Below are positions 1 through 10,630 of a stretch of DNA of 64,000 nt, piece after piece (positions within the stretch are counted from its first letter, which is position 1; each line of letters opens with the position of its first letter). The stretch comes from a virus. A program made the translations under genes and the position numbers. The DNA is taken from IMG/VR virus record IMGVR_UViG_3300040815_002027. One strand, written 5' to 3'. The notes beneath the pieces are model-generated. The model was given only the letters and a program-made list of their open reading frames with translations, searched no databases and had not been told where the DNA came from.

Positions 1-109
1 ATGGTTGGTCATTGTTGACCAATTAGTAACTTTAGGATTAAAGACAGCTTCTCACTTTAAAACAGAACCTCAAGCGTAAGAACTGAACCCCGACCAACCC
101 CGCTTTTTG

Positions 110-137
110 AAACCCTGTCTTCGGATGGGGTTTTTTT
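110..137 (+). terminator. Rho-independent terminator
   Basis: AAACCCTGTC-TTCG-GATGGGGTTT stem with cUUCGg loop, followed by a T run. Confidence 0.85.
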
Positions 138-151
138 GTTTACAAAGATTA

Positions 152-159
152 TATTTATA
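152..159 (+). promoter_or_regulatory. TATTTATA motif, putative phage late promoter (first of ~12 intergenic copies)
   Basis: Same octamer upstream of ATGs at 152, 2706, 4738, 6374, 19582, 29759, 39954, 44538, 47450, 57684, 59550; TATTTATT variant at 58355. Confidence 0.6.
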
Positions 160-169
160 ATAAAAGATT

Positions 170-1327
170 ATGGCAGACATACCAATATGGCCAGGATCAG
201 CATCTTTCTTCCCAGGAGACACTCCTTTTGGGTATTATGATGATGACTATTCTTTTCAGCAAGATGCTGACACAGTAGCGGTATGGTGCGCTAGAAGATT
301 GGGATATCCTATTGTAGATGTAGAATTACAGCAGACTAATTTCTTTGCTGCTTTTGAGGAGGCTATATCTGAGTACGGTAATCAGGTAAATACTTATGTA
401 AGTAGAGATAACTTACTGTATTTATTAGGTGCTAATACTGGATCTGAAAGTTTATCTCAGGAGTTTGTAGATCCTACAAATGCTTCTGTTTTTGATTTAT
501 CTGAGCATTATGGTACTTCTGTAGGTGTTGGAGGTAATGTAACTTATTATACAGGAAGTATAGAGGTAAAGAAGGACGTACAAGTTTATGACTTTACAAA
601 AAACAATACAGTACAACTAGAGTCTGGATCTTTTCAGACTGATAAATTTACTATAAGAAAAGTACATCATTATCCTATGCCAGCCTTGATAAGGTATCAA
701 GATCCTTATGCTGGGACTGGTTTAGGTATGCAAGGTTTGTTAGAAGGTTTCGAGTGGGGAGGTTATACACCTGCTGTTAGTTTTGTATTGTATCCTTTAA
801 ATCACGATCTTCTCAGAATACAGGGTATAGAGTTTAATGATTTAATTAGAAAGAGTGCTTATAGTTTTGAGTTGATAAATAATAGACTAAAACTATTCCC
901 TATACCTACTAGAGACTACACACTACACTTCGAGTATACTCTAGATAATTTAGAGAGAAATCCTTTAAAGAGAGGTAAGGGTAGAGTCAGTGACTACTCC
1001 AATGTACCTTACGGTAATATGGTTTACTCTAGAATTAACTCTATGGGTAAGCAGTGGATTAAAAGATATACTTTGGCTATAGCTAAAGAGATGTTAGGGT
1101 ATGTAAGAAGCAAGTACTCTTCTATACCTATACCTGAGTCTGATATAACTTTAAATGGAGATGCTCTTTTGAGTGCTGCTGAATCTGAGAAGACTGCTTT
1201 AATAGAAGAGTTAAGAGAAATTCTCAATGAGTTCTCTAGGCAGAGTTTATTGGAGAGAAAGCAGGCTGAGTCTGATGCTTTACAAAATGAGATTAACAAA
1301 GTACCTTTAAGATTTTATATAGGATAA
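170..1327 (+). CDS. Neck / head-tail adaptor protein (T4 gp13-like)
   Basis: LGYPIVDVEL N-terminus and W..RY.LA..KE.LG..RSKY...TLNG C-terminus typical of gp13-like proteins; located before tail genes. Confidence 0.75.
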   Translation: MADIPIWPGSASFFPGDTPFGYYDDDYSFQQDADTVAVWCARRLGYPIVDVELQQTNFFAAFEEAISEYGNQVNTYVSRDNLLYLLGANTGSESLSQEFVDPTNASVFDLSEHYGTSVGVGGNVTYYTGSIEVKKDVQVYDFTKNNTVQLESGSFQTDKFTIRKVHHYPMPALIRYQDPYAGTGLGMQGLLEGFEWGGYTPAVSFVLYPLNHDLLRIQGIEFNDLIRKSAYSFELINNRLKLFPIPTRDYTLHFEYTLDNLERNPLKRGKGRVSDYSNVPYGNMVYSRINSMGKQWIKRYTLAIAKEMLGYVRSKYSSIPIPESDITLNGDALLSAAESEKTALIEELREILNEFSRQSLLERKQAESDALQNEINKVPLRFYIG

Positions 1328-1328
1328 T

Positions 1329-1862
1329 ATGGCACTATTTGGCGGCTCTAGAGATGTTAGCTTAGTTAGAAGAATAAATAAGGAGTTAATAAATGATATT
1401 ATTAACACTCAAGTTGTCGTGTATAAGATTGCTACACAGTATACAAAAATAAATATTTACGGAGAATCTTCTAAAAAAGTATTCTTTAATCCTTTAAAGT
1501 TTAACTGTCTAATAACTAGGGATGCTAAAGATTTTGCGGGAGATGACTATACAACATTTGCTAAAACTATTAGATTTGCTTTCTTAAGAGATGAGCTAAA
1601 AGAAAAAAACTTTGTACTAAAAGAAGGAGATATTGTAAAGTGGGATGCTGAGTACTATGAGTTAAACTTAATAACAATTAATCAATTGTGGACAGGAAGA
1701 AATCCAGAAACTTTACCTATAACAGTAGATGATGGATCAGATGAATTTGGGTATAATGTATCTATAGTAGCCACAGGATTTAAAACAACACCTGATAGAC
1801 TAAATATAGAAAACGTTTCTACACCAAGAACAAGTATTTATGACTTACCAAATTCTATGTAA
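1329..1862 (+). CDS. Neck / head closure protein (T4 gp14-like)
   Basis: NIYGES motif, LKEGD..YYE; lies between gp13-like and gp15-like genes. Confidence 0.6.
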   Translation: MALFGGSRDVSLVRRINKELINDIINTQVVVYKIATQYTKINIYGESSKKVFFNPLKFNCLITRDAKDFAGDDYTTFAKTIRFAFLRDELKEKNFVLKEGDIVKWDAEYYELNLITINQLWTGRNPETLPITVDDGSDEFGYNVSIVATGFKTTPDRLNIENVSTPRTSIYDLPNSM

Positions 1863-2686
1863 TGCCAGAAAATCCTAACATACCATTTTCTTCTAATAAT
1901 GCAACTATCAATAGAGCTTATGAAACTAGAAGGGATAATGATACCTTCAAAACACCTTCTATTACAATATATGATATAGACTACGCAATAATGTACTTTC
2001 TTAGAAATGAGATAGACTTACAAGTAGATCAGAATGAGGTTATGATAGATGTTCCGATAGTATATGCTTCTGGAGAGATATGGTCACAAATTCAGGGCAG
2101 AGGATATATGAGAGATAGGCAAGGTAAAGCATTAGCTCCTTATGGAGTTATAAGAAGACTTTCTATGTCTGAGGATGAGAGGTTTAAGAAGTTAGACGTA
2201 AATATGGCTCCTTATGAGTCTAATATTATTATAAGACCTATAAATGAAAGAAATTTTGAGAATATAAGAGATAGACATAATGAGCTACAGAATAGTAATT
2301 TTTCTAATGAGTTTTATATTTCTGTAGTTCCTGAATTTTATGTAGTAGAGTATGAGTTAATTTTGTACACACATTTAGTAGAGCAGATGAACAATTTAGT
2401 TCAAACTATAATACCTACTAGTAATTTTGTGTGGGGAGATTCTTGGAAGTTTAGGACTAGAGTAGGGGATATTTCTTTTGATACTATAAACCCTACTGAC
2501 TCTGAAAGACTTGTTCAAGCTACTATACCTTTATCTGTGGATGGAAGATTACAGCAAGAGTTTGAGTTAAGAAAATCTACTATACAAAAAGCACACTCTA
2601 TAAAGAGATTGGTATTTAGAACAGACCAGTCATCTTTTGATATAAATGCGGTCACTAATTTTCCTGGCGAGAAGCCTAACACTTAA
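1862..2686 (+). CDS. Tail terminator / sheath stabiliser (T4 gp15-like)
   Basis: VPIVYASGE.W and P..Y.VEYEL..Y....EQMN.L motifs; directly before the sheath gene. Confidence 0.6.
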   Translation: MPENPNIPFSSNNATINRAYETRRDNDTFKTPSITIYDIDYAIMYFLRNEIDLQVDQNEVMIDVPIVYASGEIWSQIQGRGYMRDRQGKALAPYGVIRRLSMSEDERFKKLDVNMAPYESNIIIRPINERNFENIRDRHNELQNSNFSNEFYISVVPEFYVVEYELILYTHLVEQMNNLVQTIIPTSNFVWGDSWKFRTRVGDISFDTINPTDSERLVQATIPLSVDGRLQQEFELRKSTIQKAHSIKRLVFRTDQSSFDINAVTNFPGEKPNT

Positions 2687-2752
2687 TTTTGGAAAATTTA
2701 TACTATATTTATAGATAGATGTTTGAATTATAAACTATAAACAAAAAATAAA

Positions 2753-4720
2753 ATGGCTGATAGATTTGTATCTCCAGGTGTTTTTACAAGAGAAAAAGAC
2801 TTAAGTTTTCTCCCACAGGAGATTGCCGCTATAGGTGGTGCTGTAATAGGACCAACTCTCTATGGACCTGCATTTAGACCTACCACAGTATCTAATTATG
2901 CTGAATTTATTAGAGCTTTTGGTAACTCTTTTATATCAGGATCTGGAGCAGTAGCAAAAGAGTATAAATTTCTTACTAACTATACTGCACAAGAGTATTT
3001 AAGGTATGGTGAGAATTTAACTGTACTTAGAATTGTAAATAGTGATGCTACTATTGGATATTCTAATATTGTAAAATCTGGATCTTACCAAACGCATCTT
3101 AATGAGTATCTTTCTGGTGGAGATGAGTGGGCATTAATTTCTGCTTCTTTGGCAAGTCCTACCTCTACAGTAGAAGGTATTAATTCTAGTGCGTCCTTAG
3201 CTTTTAGAAACACACTTACAGGATCTGTATTCTCTGGATCATCTGACCCTTCCTTTAGAGTTCATTTGATGTTTGAAGGTGAGTATGGAAATAGTGGTGC
3301 TGGGTTAGCTGCTACTAACGGTATAGCCTCTCCAGCAGACGAAGATAGTTTAGGATTATTAAATACTTCTGGAAGTAGACATAACTTTAGATGGGAAATT
3401 AATAATGTAAATCATAGAAGAGGTACATTTAATTTAATACTTAGAAGAGGTGATGATAGAACAGGAAGGAAAGTAATTATTGAACAGTATAATAACTTGT
3501 CGTTAGACCCTAATGATCCTGGGTATGTACCAAGAGTAATTGGGGATCAATTCTATACTCTAAGAGGAAGTGGGACAGGAAGACCTTATTTACAATTATC
3601 AGGCTCTTATCCTAACCGATCTAGATTTATTAGAGTAGAGATGTTAGGAAATGATACTTTGAATTATATTGATGAGGCAGGTAGAGTTAGAGATGGAGCA
3701 TTGTCTGGTTCATTACCAGCTGCTGTGTCTGGTACATTTGCTTTTGGTAGTGACGGGTATGTACACCACCCAAGAGCCTTTTATGGGGATATTGTAAAAG
3801 AGAATACTCAAGGATTTAACTTACACGAAAGTGCTGCTGGTATCTCTGGATCTACAGCCTATTATGATGCTATTGACATTTTATCTCATGCAGATGAATA
3901 TGATATCAACATGTTGTTTATGCCAGGTATTGTAGACAATGCAGCAGGACAGCATAGTGATATTGTAACGTATGCTATTGCAACTTGTGAGGAAAGAGGG
4001 GATGTATTTATAGTAGTTGACCCTACTCGATATGGGGATTCTGTAGGTTCTGCAAGATCTACTGCTGAAGGAAGAACTTCTAACTACGCAGCTATGTACT
4101 ATCCTTGGATACAAGTATCCGACCCAGACTTAAACAGAAACGTTTGGATTCCGCCTTCTTGTGTAGTTGCTGGAGTGTTAACTTTTAACGACTATGTTAA
4201 ATTTCCTTGGTTTGCGCCAGCAGGTTTGAATAGAGGTGGAATTGAGATAGCTGTTCAAGCTGAGAAGAAATTAACTACCGCAGACAGAGATGACCTATAT
4301 GCAAGTAATATTAACCCAATCGCAACCTATCCAAGAGATGGTGTTGTTGTATGGGGACAAAAAACACTACAGAAGAAGCGTTCTGCTTTAGATAGAATTA
4401 ACGTAAGAAGATTACTTATTGCAGCTAAGAAATTTGTTGCATCTTCTTCTAGATACTTAGTATTTGAACAGAATACGGTAGCGACTAGAGACAGATTCAT
4501 AGACATAGTAACACCGTACTTTAACGATGTTAGACAAAAAGAAGGTTTGTACGACTTTAGGGTAGTAATGGATGAAAGTAATAATACACCAGAAGTAATT
4601 GATAGAAATGAATTAAGAGGTGCTATTTACTTGAAGCCTACTAGAACTGCTGAATTTGTAATTATTGATTTCTTTGTATTACCTACGGGAGCAGTTTTCC
4701 CTACTGATACAAATGAGTAA
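2753..4720 (+). CDS. Tail sheath protein (gp18-like)
   Basis: SPGVFTREKD start, PWFAPAGLNRG, VVWGQKTL, DRINVRRL, KPTRTAEFV. Confidence 0.95.
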   Translation: MADRFVSPGVFTREKDLSFLPQEIAAIGGAVIGPTLYGPAFRPTTVSNYAEFIRAFGNSFISGSGAVAKEYKFLTNYTAQEYLRYGENLTVLRIVNSDATIGYSNIVKSGSYQTHLNEYLSGGDEWALISASLASPTSTVEGINSSASLAFRNTLTGSVFSGSSDPSFRVHLMFEGEYGNSGAGLAATNGIASPADEDSLGLLNTSGSRHNFRWEINNVNHRRGTFNLILRRGDDRTGRKVIIEQYNNLSLDPNDPGYVPRVIGDQFYTLRGSGTGRPYLQLSGSYPNRSRFIRVEMLGNDTLNYIDEAGRVRDGALSGSLPAAVSGTFAFGSDGYVHHPRAFYGDIVKENTQGFNLHESAAGISGSTAYYDAIDILSHADEYDINMLFMPGIVDNAAGQHSDIVTYAIATCEERGDVFIVVDPTRYGDSVGSARSTAEGRTSNYAAMYYPWIQVSDPDLNRNVWIPPSCVVAGVLTFNDYVKFPWFAPAGLNRGGIEIAVQAEKKLTTADRDDLYASNINPIATYPRDGVVVWGQKTLQKKRSALDRINVRRLLIAAKKFVASSSRYLVFEQNTVATRDRFIDIVTPYFNDVRQKEGLYDFRVVMDESNNTPEVIDRNELRGAIYLKPTRTAEFVIIDFFVLPTGAVFPTDTNE

Positions 4721-4765
4721 AAAAATAAATTAAACTATATTTATAGTAAATAAAATTAATTAAAA

Positions 4766-5308
4766 ATGGCATACTCAGATCCAGCTTTATACCGAAACGG
4801 GTTCCAGTTTGTTGACATGAAGCAACAAAACAGGTTTATAATGACTATCCCAGATTGGTTCCAGGATGGTTCGGCTGGTTCTTACTTAATAAGAACTGCG
4901 GATTTACCTAGTTTAGAGAATAATCCTGTAACAGTAGATACCATTAACTCTGAATATAAAATAAAGGGTAAATCAAGATGGCAGGATATTTCTGTAACTT
5001 TTTACGATCCTATAAATACATCTCCTGGTTTGGCTGGGCCTACTGGGGCTACTAAAGCTCACGGATGGATAAATAGAGAACATCACAATGCTTTATCAAA
5101 GAGAGATCAATTTATGACTATCTACAAAAAACAAATAAAGCTTAAGTATGTTGATCCACAAGGAAACGATACTGGTGAGTTTTGGCAATTAAATGGAGCT
5201 TTTTTTGCTAGTGTTAATTGGGGTAGTGTTGACGTTTCTTCTGATGATTTAGTGTTGTTAGAGGCTACTATATCTTATGATTGGGCTTATCATTATCCTC
5301 TATCTTAA
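4766..5308 (+). CDS. Tail tube protein (gp19-like)
   Basis: KQQNRF, W.DISVTFYDPI, W.L.GAF...VNWG, TISYDWA; follows the sheath gene. Confidence 0.85.
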   Translation: MAYSDPALYRNGFQFVDMKQQNRFIMTIPDWFQDGSAGSYLIRTADLPSLENNPVTVDTINSEYKIKGKSRWQDISVTFYDPINTSPGLAGPTGATKAHGWINREHHNALSKRDQFMTIYKKQIKLKYVDPQGNDTGEFWQLNGAFFASVNWGSVDVSSDDLVLLEATISYDWAYHYPLS

Positions 5309-5347
5309 AATATTATTCAAAGTTTTATAATAGTTTTAAATTAATTT

Positions 5348-6196
5348 ATGAAAATAGAAAATGAATTACCGAAAAGGGATGGCAGTGCTATCCCTTCTTC
5401 TGCTAATGCAGAAAATCAGCCACAAGAAGTTACTACCTACAAAGTACCTACAGAAATTATTGATTTGCCTTCTAGAGGACTGCTTTATTCAAAAGATAGC
5501 CCATTAAGTAGTGGGACTATAGAGGTAAAGTACATGACTGCTAAAGAGGAAGATATCTTAACTACTGAGTCTTTTATAAGAAAAGGAGTTGTAATAGATA
5601 AATTTCTACAGTCTCTTATAGTAACTCCTAATGTTAATTTATCTGATATGCTGATTGGAGATATAGATGCGTTAACAGTAGCAGCCAGAATTTACGGTTA
5701 TGGTAATGATTACGATGCTTTTATAGAGACTCCTAGCGGTAAACAGCAAAGAACTGAGATAGATTTAACTCAATTAAAGCTAAACTATTTAGAGGATAGG
5801 TTTCTAAAAGAAGCAAATGTGAATGAGTTTGATTTTGAACTTCCTAAATCTGGAGTAAAAGTTTCTTTTAAAATGCTAACTAAAGCAGATCAAGAGAGGT
5901 ACTCTGCTGAGGTTGAAAAAAATAAAAAAGCTTTTAGCGGTCAAACAAAGAGTGCTTCTACTCAATTCGTTTATCAAATCGTTTCTGTTGATGGTAATAG
6001 AGATGAGAGGGCTATTAGACAGTTTGTTGAAGAAGGGCTTATGGCTTATGATGCTAGAGCCTTAAGAAGGTATATTGATGAAGTACAGCCTGGGATAGAC
6101 CTGTCAGTGGAGGTGACAGATAGAGAGACTGGTGAAACATTTCCCGCTGAAGTTCCCATCGGGGTACAGTTTTTTTGGCCTGACGCAAAAGTATAA
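5348..6196 (+). CDS. Baseplate hub assembly (gp26-like) / tail assembly chaperone
   Basis: IDLPSRG..Y, MTAKEEDIL, GD...L..AAR..GYG, FFWP C-terminus; between tube and tape measure genes. Confidence 0.7.
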   Translation: MKIENELPKRDGSAIPSSANAENQPQEVTTYKVPTEIIDLPSRGLLYSKDSPLSSGTIEVKYMTAKEEDILTTESFIRKGVVIDKFLQSLIVTPNVNLSDMLIGDIDALTVAARIYGYGNDYDAFIETPSGKQQRTEIDLTQLKLNYLEDRFLKEANVNEFDFELPKSGVKVSFKMLTKADQERYSAEVEKNKKAFSGQTKSASTQFVYQIVSVDGNRDERAIRQFVEEGLMAYDARALRRYIDEVQPGIDLSVEVTDRETGETFPAEVPIGVQFFWPDAKV

Positions 6197-6356
6197 ACTT
6201 AGCTTCTATAAAGAGATTTTAGATTTAGCTTATCACAGTAAAGGTTCTTTATCTTTTACTGAAGTATATAATATGCCTATATCTTTAAGGAGGTTGTATA
6301 TAGAGCAGATAAAGAAGTATATAAAAGAAAGCCAACCTAAGAAGAGTAGCTATTAA
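6132..6356 (+). CDS. Overlapping ORF, probable frameshift extension of the tail assembly chaperone
   Basis: +1 frame overlap with the upstream gene across a T7 run (6170-6176); only a GTG start. Confidence 0.55.
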   Translation: MKHFPLKFPSGYSFFGLTQKYKLSFYKEILDLAYHSKGSLSFTEVYNMPISLRRLYIEQIKKYIKESQPKKSSY

Positions 6357-6395
6357 AAAATACTAATAAATACTATTTATAGTAAATGTACTATT

Positions 6396-6611
6396 ATGAA
6401 GCAAGATAAATCTGAGGTTTTAAAAGAAGGTTTATTAGCGTCTCTATTATCTTTGTTGTCTTTTGGTAAGCAGGTGAAAATGTTGCGGAGATTGTACAAT
6501 GCAACAAAAGATCCTGAATTAGAAGCCATGATACACGATTATAAATATAATCAAGATAGATATAAGGATCAAATAAAAAGAATAAGAAAGAAGTATCCTA
6601 ATCTAAAATAA
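6396..6611 (+). CDS. Hypothetical protein
   Basis: ORF preceded by a TATTTATA motif. Confidence 0.6.
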   Translation: MKQDKSEVLKEGLLASLLSLLSFGKQVKMLRRLYNATKDPELEAMIHDYKYNQDRYKDQIKRIRKKYPNLK

Positions 6612-6617
6612 GTGTAG

Positions 6618-9600
6618 ATGGCAAATTCTAATTTACCTCCTATAGACGAACTTAAACAACTGCTAGAAGATCTTCGTAACTATTCTAGACAAGGTCCTAC
6701 TTCTTTTAATAGAGTTAAAAGAGAAGTAGAAGGTATTGTTACAAAGATGTCTCAGATGGCAGGCATACCTAAAGAGCAGTTAAAAGACTTAGGAGAGCTG
6801 ATAAGTAGGTATGAGCAGATAGAAGATGCAATTAATGATATTAACACCGCTAATAGAGGATCTAATAGAGCTTTAGCCGATCTAATTAGAAAATTAAATA
6901 GTTATGCACAACAATCTGCTGCTATTGTAGAGGGGTTAGAACAGTCAGAAGGTGTTTATGCGAAAATATTAAAGTTATTAGAAGAGCAGACAGACGAAGT
7001 GAAAGAACAACAGACTATAGAAGAAAAGGTAGAAAAAACAAAAAAAGGTAATTTTGAAAAACTAATAAAAACAAAAGGAATACTAGAACAGACCAACAGA
7101 ATATTAAATATTCAGATAAGCGAACAAGATAGAATATTAGATGCTATTGCAATATCTGAAGGGAGTTACTCTGAGCTATTAGGTTATCTTGAAGGTATGG
7201 GGGAATCTGCTAGTAAACTTTTAGATACTATAACAAGTCAAAGTGATGTATATGATGATAATGTAGATGCAGTAAAACAGTTAGTGGACAACACTAAACT
7301 CTCTTTAATGCTTCAAAAACAGCAATACTATATACATTTAAAATATAATGATATATTAGAGGATTCTAAGAGAGACGTTAGAGACATGTATACTAAGTAT
7401 GCTATGATATCTAACTTAATTCCTGTAATAGGACAGAGGCTATCTAAAGCTTTTATGAGAGCTAATGCTATTGCCGAAGAAGCATTAGATACAGCCTATA
7501 ACACTTTTTTAGAAACAGGAAATATTTTTGAGTCTGCTAACCAAGGGTTAAATGTTTTAACCAGAGGTCTTGGAGGTATAGGAACAGCTTTTACAGCTTT
7601 TGCTTTAATTATGGCAGGAGTGTATAAGCTATTTAAAGGTATTGACCAAAAAGTTGGCGAGATTGCAGAAAGAACAGGTTTATCAGCAGATCAGTCTTAC
7701 ATCCTATACAAAAACTCATTACAAACACAAACAGCTTATGCTAATCAGTACTCTTCTTTAGAAGATATATTATCTATACAATCACAACTAGTTTCAGAAA
7801 CTGGTAAACAGTTAAACTATACTGAATCTTTAATAGGCAAAGTATCAGACATGTCTGTAGTATTTGGCTATAGTGCTGATACAGCAGGTAAACTTCATAA
7901 TACTTTTTTACAGTTAGCTGGAGCTATGCCTATGAAAGACGCTGAAGAGTTGTCTACTAAGATGCAGTATATGTTAGGTTCTATGGCTGAGGCTAACGGT
8001 ATTGCTCCAGGAATAGTTGCTAAAGACTTAGTAGATAACTCAGAGTTTGTTGCAAGGAACTTTGCTGGTATGCCTGAAAGGGCTATGAGAGCTGCTGTTG
8101 AGGTAAGAAAGTTAGGATATTCACTTGCTCAAGCAGCTAAAGTATCCGAGCATTTGTTTGATATACAAGGAAGTTTAACTTCTCAGATGGAAGCTTCTGT
8201 TGCTTTAGGTAGGTTAGTGGATATGAATGCTGCTAGGCGTTATGCTTTAGAGGGCAAGACTGGTAAGATGATGGAGGAGGTCTCTAAGCAAGTAGGAAGT
8301 TATGCTGAATTTACTGAGATGACTGTACCTCAGAGAATCCTTCTTGCTAAAGCAGCAGGTATGGAGGTCTCAGAACTACAAAGAAGTTTATATATACAAA
8401 AAGAACTAGGACACTTATCTACAGAAGAGCGAGAGAAGATAGCAAATAACTTAAAAGATGTAGAGGGGATAACTGATATGAGTGCAGATCAGTTAAAGAT
8501 AGCTAGTAAACAGGTAAATAAAACTAAAGAGTTTGATAATGCTATTCAGAAAATAAAGATGGCATTAGTAGAAAGTATACTACCTATAGCTGAAACTTTA
8601 GTTCCTTTATTTGGCACGTTAGCTAAAATTATAGGTGTTTTACTCTTTCCTTTAAAGGTTATGAAATTTGTATTTGAGTCTATGAGTTTTGTAGTCAGAT
8701 TTTTAGCTGATAGTTTAAACGAAATAACTGGAGGTGCGATAGGATCTTTTTTCAGTAGTATACACCAAACTCTTATAGGTTGGGATAATACTATATCAAA
8801 CTTATCTTCTAATACAAATAATTGGATCAAAGGACTTGTGGGAGGGATTGGTCTTGTTATGGTAGCTTTTAAACCTCTTAGAAGTATGCTATTTAGTATC
8901 TTAAATCCTAAAACATATGTTAAGGGTTTTAGTAAACTAGGAGGTCTTTTAGGGACGCTTGGTAAAAAAGGAAAAGATGGAAAGACTGGTGGGTCAAGTT
9001 CTTATTTATCTAGTATTTTGTCGAATACTAAGTTAGGTAAATTATTTTCTGGTACTAAAATAGGGAAGTTAGTTGGGGATACTATAGATTCTGGAGGTTT
9101 AGCAGACAGTGCTAAGTCTCAATTAGATGTTCTAATAGAGATAAGAGATTTAATTAAGGATTGTTGTCCAGGTAGTATTGGATCTGGTATAGAGGAAACT
9201 ATGACCCAATTACTGGATGATAAAGGTAGGCCTATATCTAAAGACTCAAAAGGGGTTACTGAAAGGACACGACCAACAAGACCGAGTGGTAGGGACATAG
9301 CAGATTCTCCCACAACAGGAAGAAGAAGAACGGCTCCTAGAGCAAGAGTAAGAGCTAGAAGTGCTTATAGGGGAGCTATGAGAGGTGCTAGACGTTTAGG
9401 AGGAAGAGGTTTAGGCCTAATAGGAGCTGCTTCTACAGCATCTTCTATTATACCTAAAGGATCTTTGTCTAGGATAGCTGGTGCTAGTAAGGGTTTATTT
9501 TCTAAAGTAGCCGATGCAGGAAAAGGTTTATTTTCTAAAATAGGTAAAGGAAGTATGGGTCTTATGGGTGGTACAGGAGGTCTTACTGGTATTTTAGGTA

Positions 9601-10100
9601 GAGGGGCTGGTAAAGGTTTAGCTAAGGGGTTGGGTAAGACTGCACTTAAAAAGATTCCTGGAGTAGGTTTGGTGATGGGTGCTATATCTTCAATAGAAAG
9701 GTTTACTGAAGGGGATATTTTAGGTGGAGTAGGAGAAGCACTATCAGGTATAGCAAGTACTTTACCAGGCATAGGTACAGCAGCTTCTTTAGCTATAGAT
9801 GGAGCATTAATGGCTAAGGATGCAGGTATGTTTGATAAAAAAGAAATTCCAACAACACCTTCTCAGATAACAGCTAATGTACCTACTTCTGATCCTGTTG
9901 TTCAATCTAGTATAGCATCTGTAAAGAAAGAAGCAGCGCAGAAAGAAACTTCTAACGATATGGCTATGTTAAATAATAATATGAGAGAACTAATTAATTT
10001 AAATAGAATGTCAGTAGCTCAAGATAAGAAAATGTACATACAGTTTGATAACGGCACTGTTAGAGAAGTTTCTAAGATCCAAAGACAAACATCAGCATAA
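6618..10100 (+). CDS. Tape measure protein
   Basis: 1160 aa, helical and Ala/Gly-rich, hydrophobic segments, KKIPGVG motif; canonical position after the chaperone. Confidence 0.85.
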   Translation: MANSNLPPIDELKQLLEDLRNYSRQGPTSFNRVKREVEGIVTKMSQMAGIPKEQLKDLGELISRYEQIEDAINDINTANRGSNRALADLIRKLNSYAQQSAAIVEGLEQSEGVYAKILKLLEEQTDEVKEQQTIEEKVEKTKKGNFEKLIKTKGILEQTNRILNIQISEQDRILDAIAISEGSYSELLGYLEGMGESASKLLDTITSQSDVYDDNVDAVKQLVDNTKLSLMLQKQQYYIHLKYNDILEDSKRDVRDMYTKYAMISNLIPVIGQRLSKAFMRANAIAEEALDTAYNTFLETGNIFESANQGLNVLTRGLGGIGTAFTAFALIMAGVYKLFKGIDQKVGEIAERTGLSADQSYILYKNSLQTQTAYANQYSSLEDILSIQSQLVSETGKQLNYTESLIGKVSDMSVVFGYSADTAGKLHNTFLQLAGAMPMKDAEELSTKMQYMLGSMAEANGIAPGIVAKDLVDNSEFVARNFAGMPERAMRAAVEVRKLGYSLAQAAKVSEHLFDIQGSLTSQMEASVALGRLVDMNAARRYALEGKTGKMMEEVSKQVGSYAEFTEMTVPQRILLAKAAGMEVSELQRSLYIQKELGHLSTEEREKIANNLKDVEGITDMSADQLKIASKQVNKTKEFDNAIQKIKMALVESILPIAETLVPLFGTLAKIIGVLLFPLKVMKFVFESMSFVVRFLADSLNEITGGAIGSFFSSIHQTLIGWDNTISNLSSNTNNWIKGLVGGIGLVMVAFKPLRSMLFSILNPKTYVKGFSKLGGLLGTLGKKGKDGKTGGSSSYLSSILSNTKLGKLFSGTKIGKLVGDTIDSGGLADSAKSQLDVLIEIRDLIKDCCPGSIGSGIEETMTQLLDDKGRPISKDSKGVTERTRPTRPSGRDIADSPTTGRRRTAPRARVRARSAYRGAMRGARRLGGRGLGLIGAASTASSIIPKGSLSRIAGASKGLFSKVADAGKGLFSKIGKGSMGLMGGTGGLTGILGRGAGKGLAKGLGKTALKKIPGVGLVMGAISSIERFTEGDILGGVGEALSGIASTLPGIGTAASLAIDGALMAKDAGMFDKKEIPTTPSQITANVPTSDPVVQSSIASVKKEAAQKETSNDMAMLNNNMRELINLNRMSVAQDKKMYIQFDNGTVREVSKIQRQTSA

Positions 10101-10105
10101 TTATT

Positions 10106-10618
10106 ATGGCATATACTATAGCTAGATATCAGGGATTTAATTTTGAGTTTGAACTTTTACCAGACCCTGGAGTAGGTGTTATAGAGTTTGAGGCAGATAT
10201 AAACAGTATAGGGTCTAGATTTAGCCCTTCTTGGCAACAGTTTATGGAAGTGGGTAGAGCGGATCCTAAAATACTTTATAGCCAGTATGTAAAAGAAGTT
10301 GACTTAGATTTTAATGTTGTTGCTACTGGAGGAACAAATGATACTAAAGCTATTTTTAGAAAATTAGATAATTTAGCTAAATCTACTGCTCCGCAATATT
10401 TTAGCTCTACTAACTCATATCAAGGACATTTCTTAAAGTTTAGTATAGGTAACTTATTTTTGAATGAGATTGGGTATGTGACCTCTTTACAATACCAATG
10501 GGAAAATGATAAAACTAGTTGGATAGATGATTTACCTTTATTAACTAGAGCAAACATGACTATCGTGTGGGTAGGTAAGCGGATGCCTCAATCTTCTAAC
10601 AAACTTTATAACTACTAA
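10106..10618 (+). CDS. Tail tube initiator / baseplate protein
   Basis: W....VGRADP..LY, IGNLF..E.G...SL.Y.W; directly after tape measure. Confidence 0.55.
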   Translation: MAYTIARYQGFNFEFELLPDPGVGVIEFEADINSIGSRFSPSWQQFMEVGRADPKILYSQYVKEVDLDFNVVATGGTNDTKAIFRKLDNLAKSTAPQYFSSTNSYQGHFLKFSIGNLFLNEIGYVTSLQYQWENDKTSWIDDLPLLTRANMTIVWVGKRMPQSSNKLYNY

Positions 10619-10630
10619 AAAGTTGCCGAG

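Noticed and set aside
2477-2488. 12-nt match (TTTGATACTATA) to the reverse complement of spacer 6
   Set aside because: Too short in AT-rich DNA and the flanks do not match; consistent with chance.
9488-9550. Short tandem KGLFSK repeat in the tape measure gene
   Set aside because: Ordinary low-complexity repeat for tape measure proteins.
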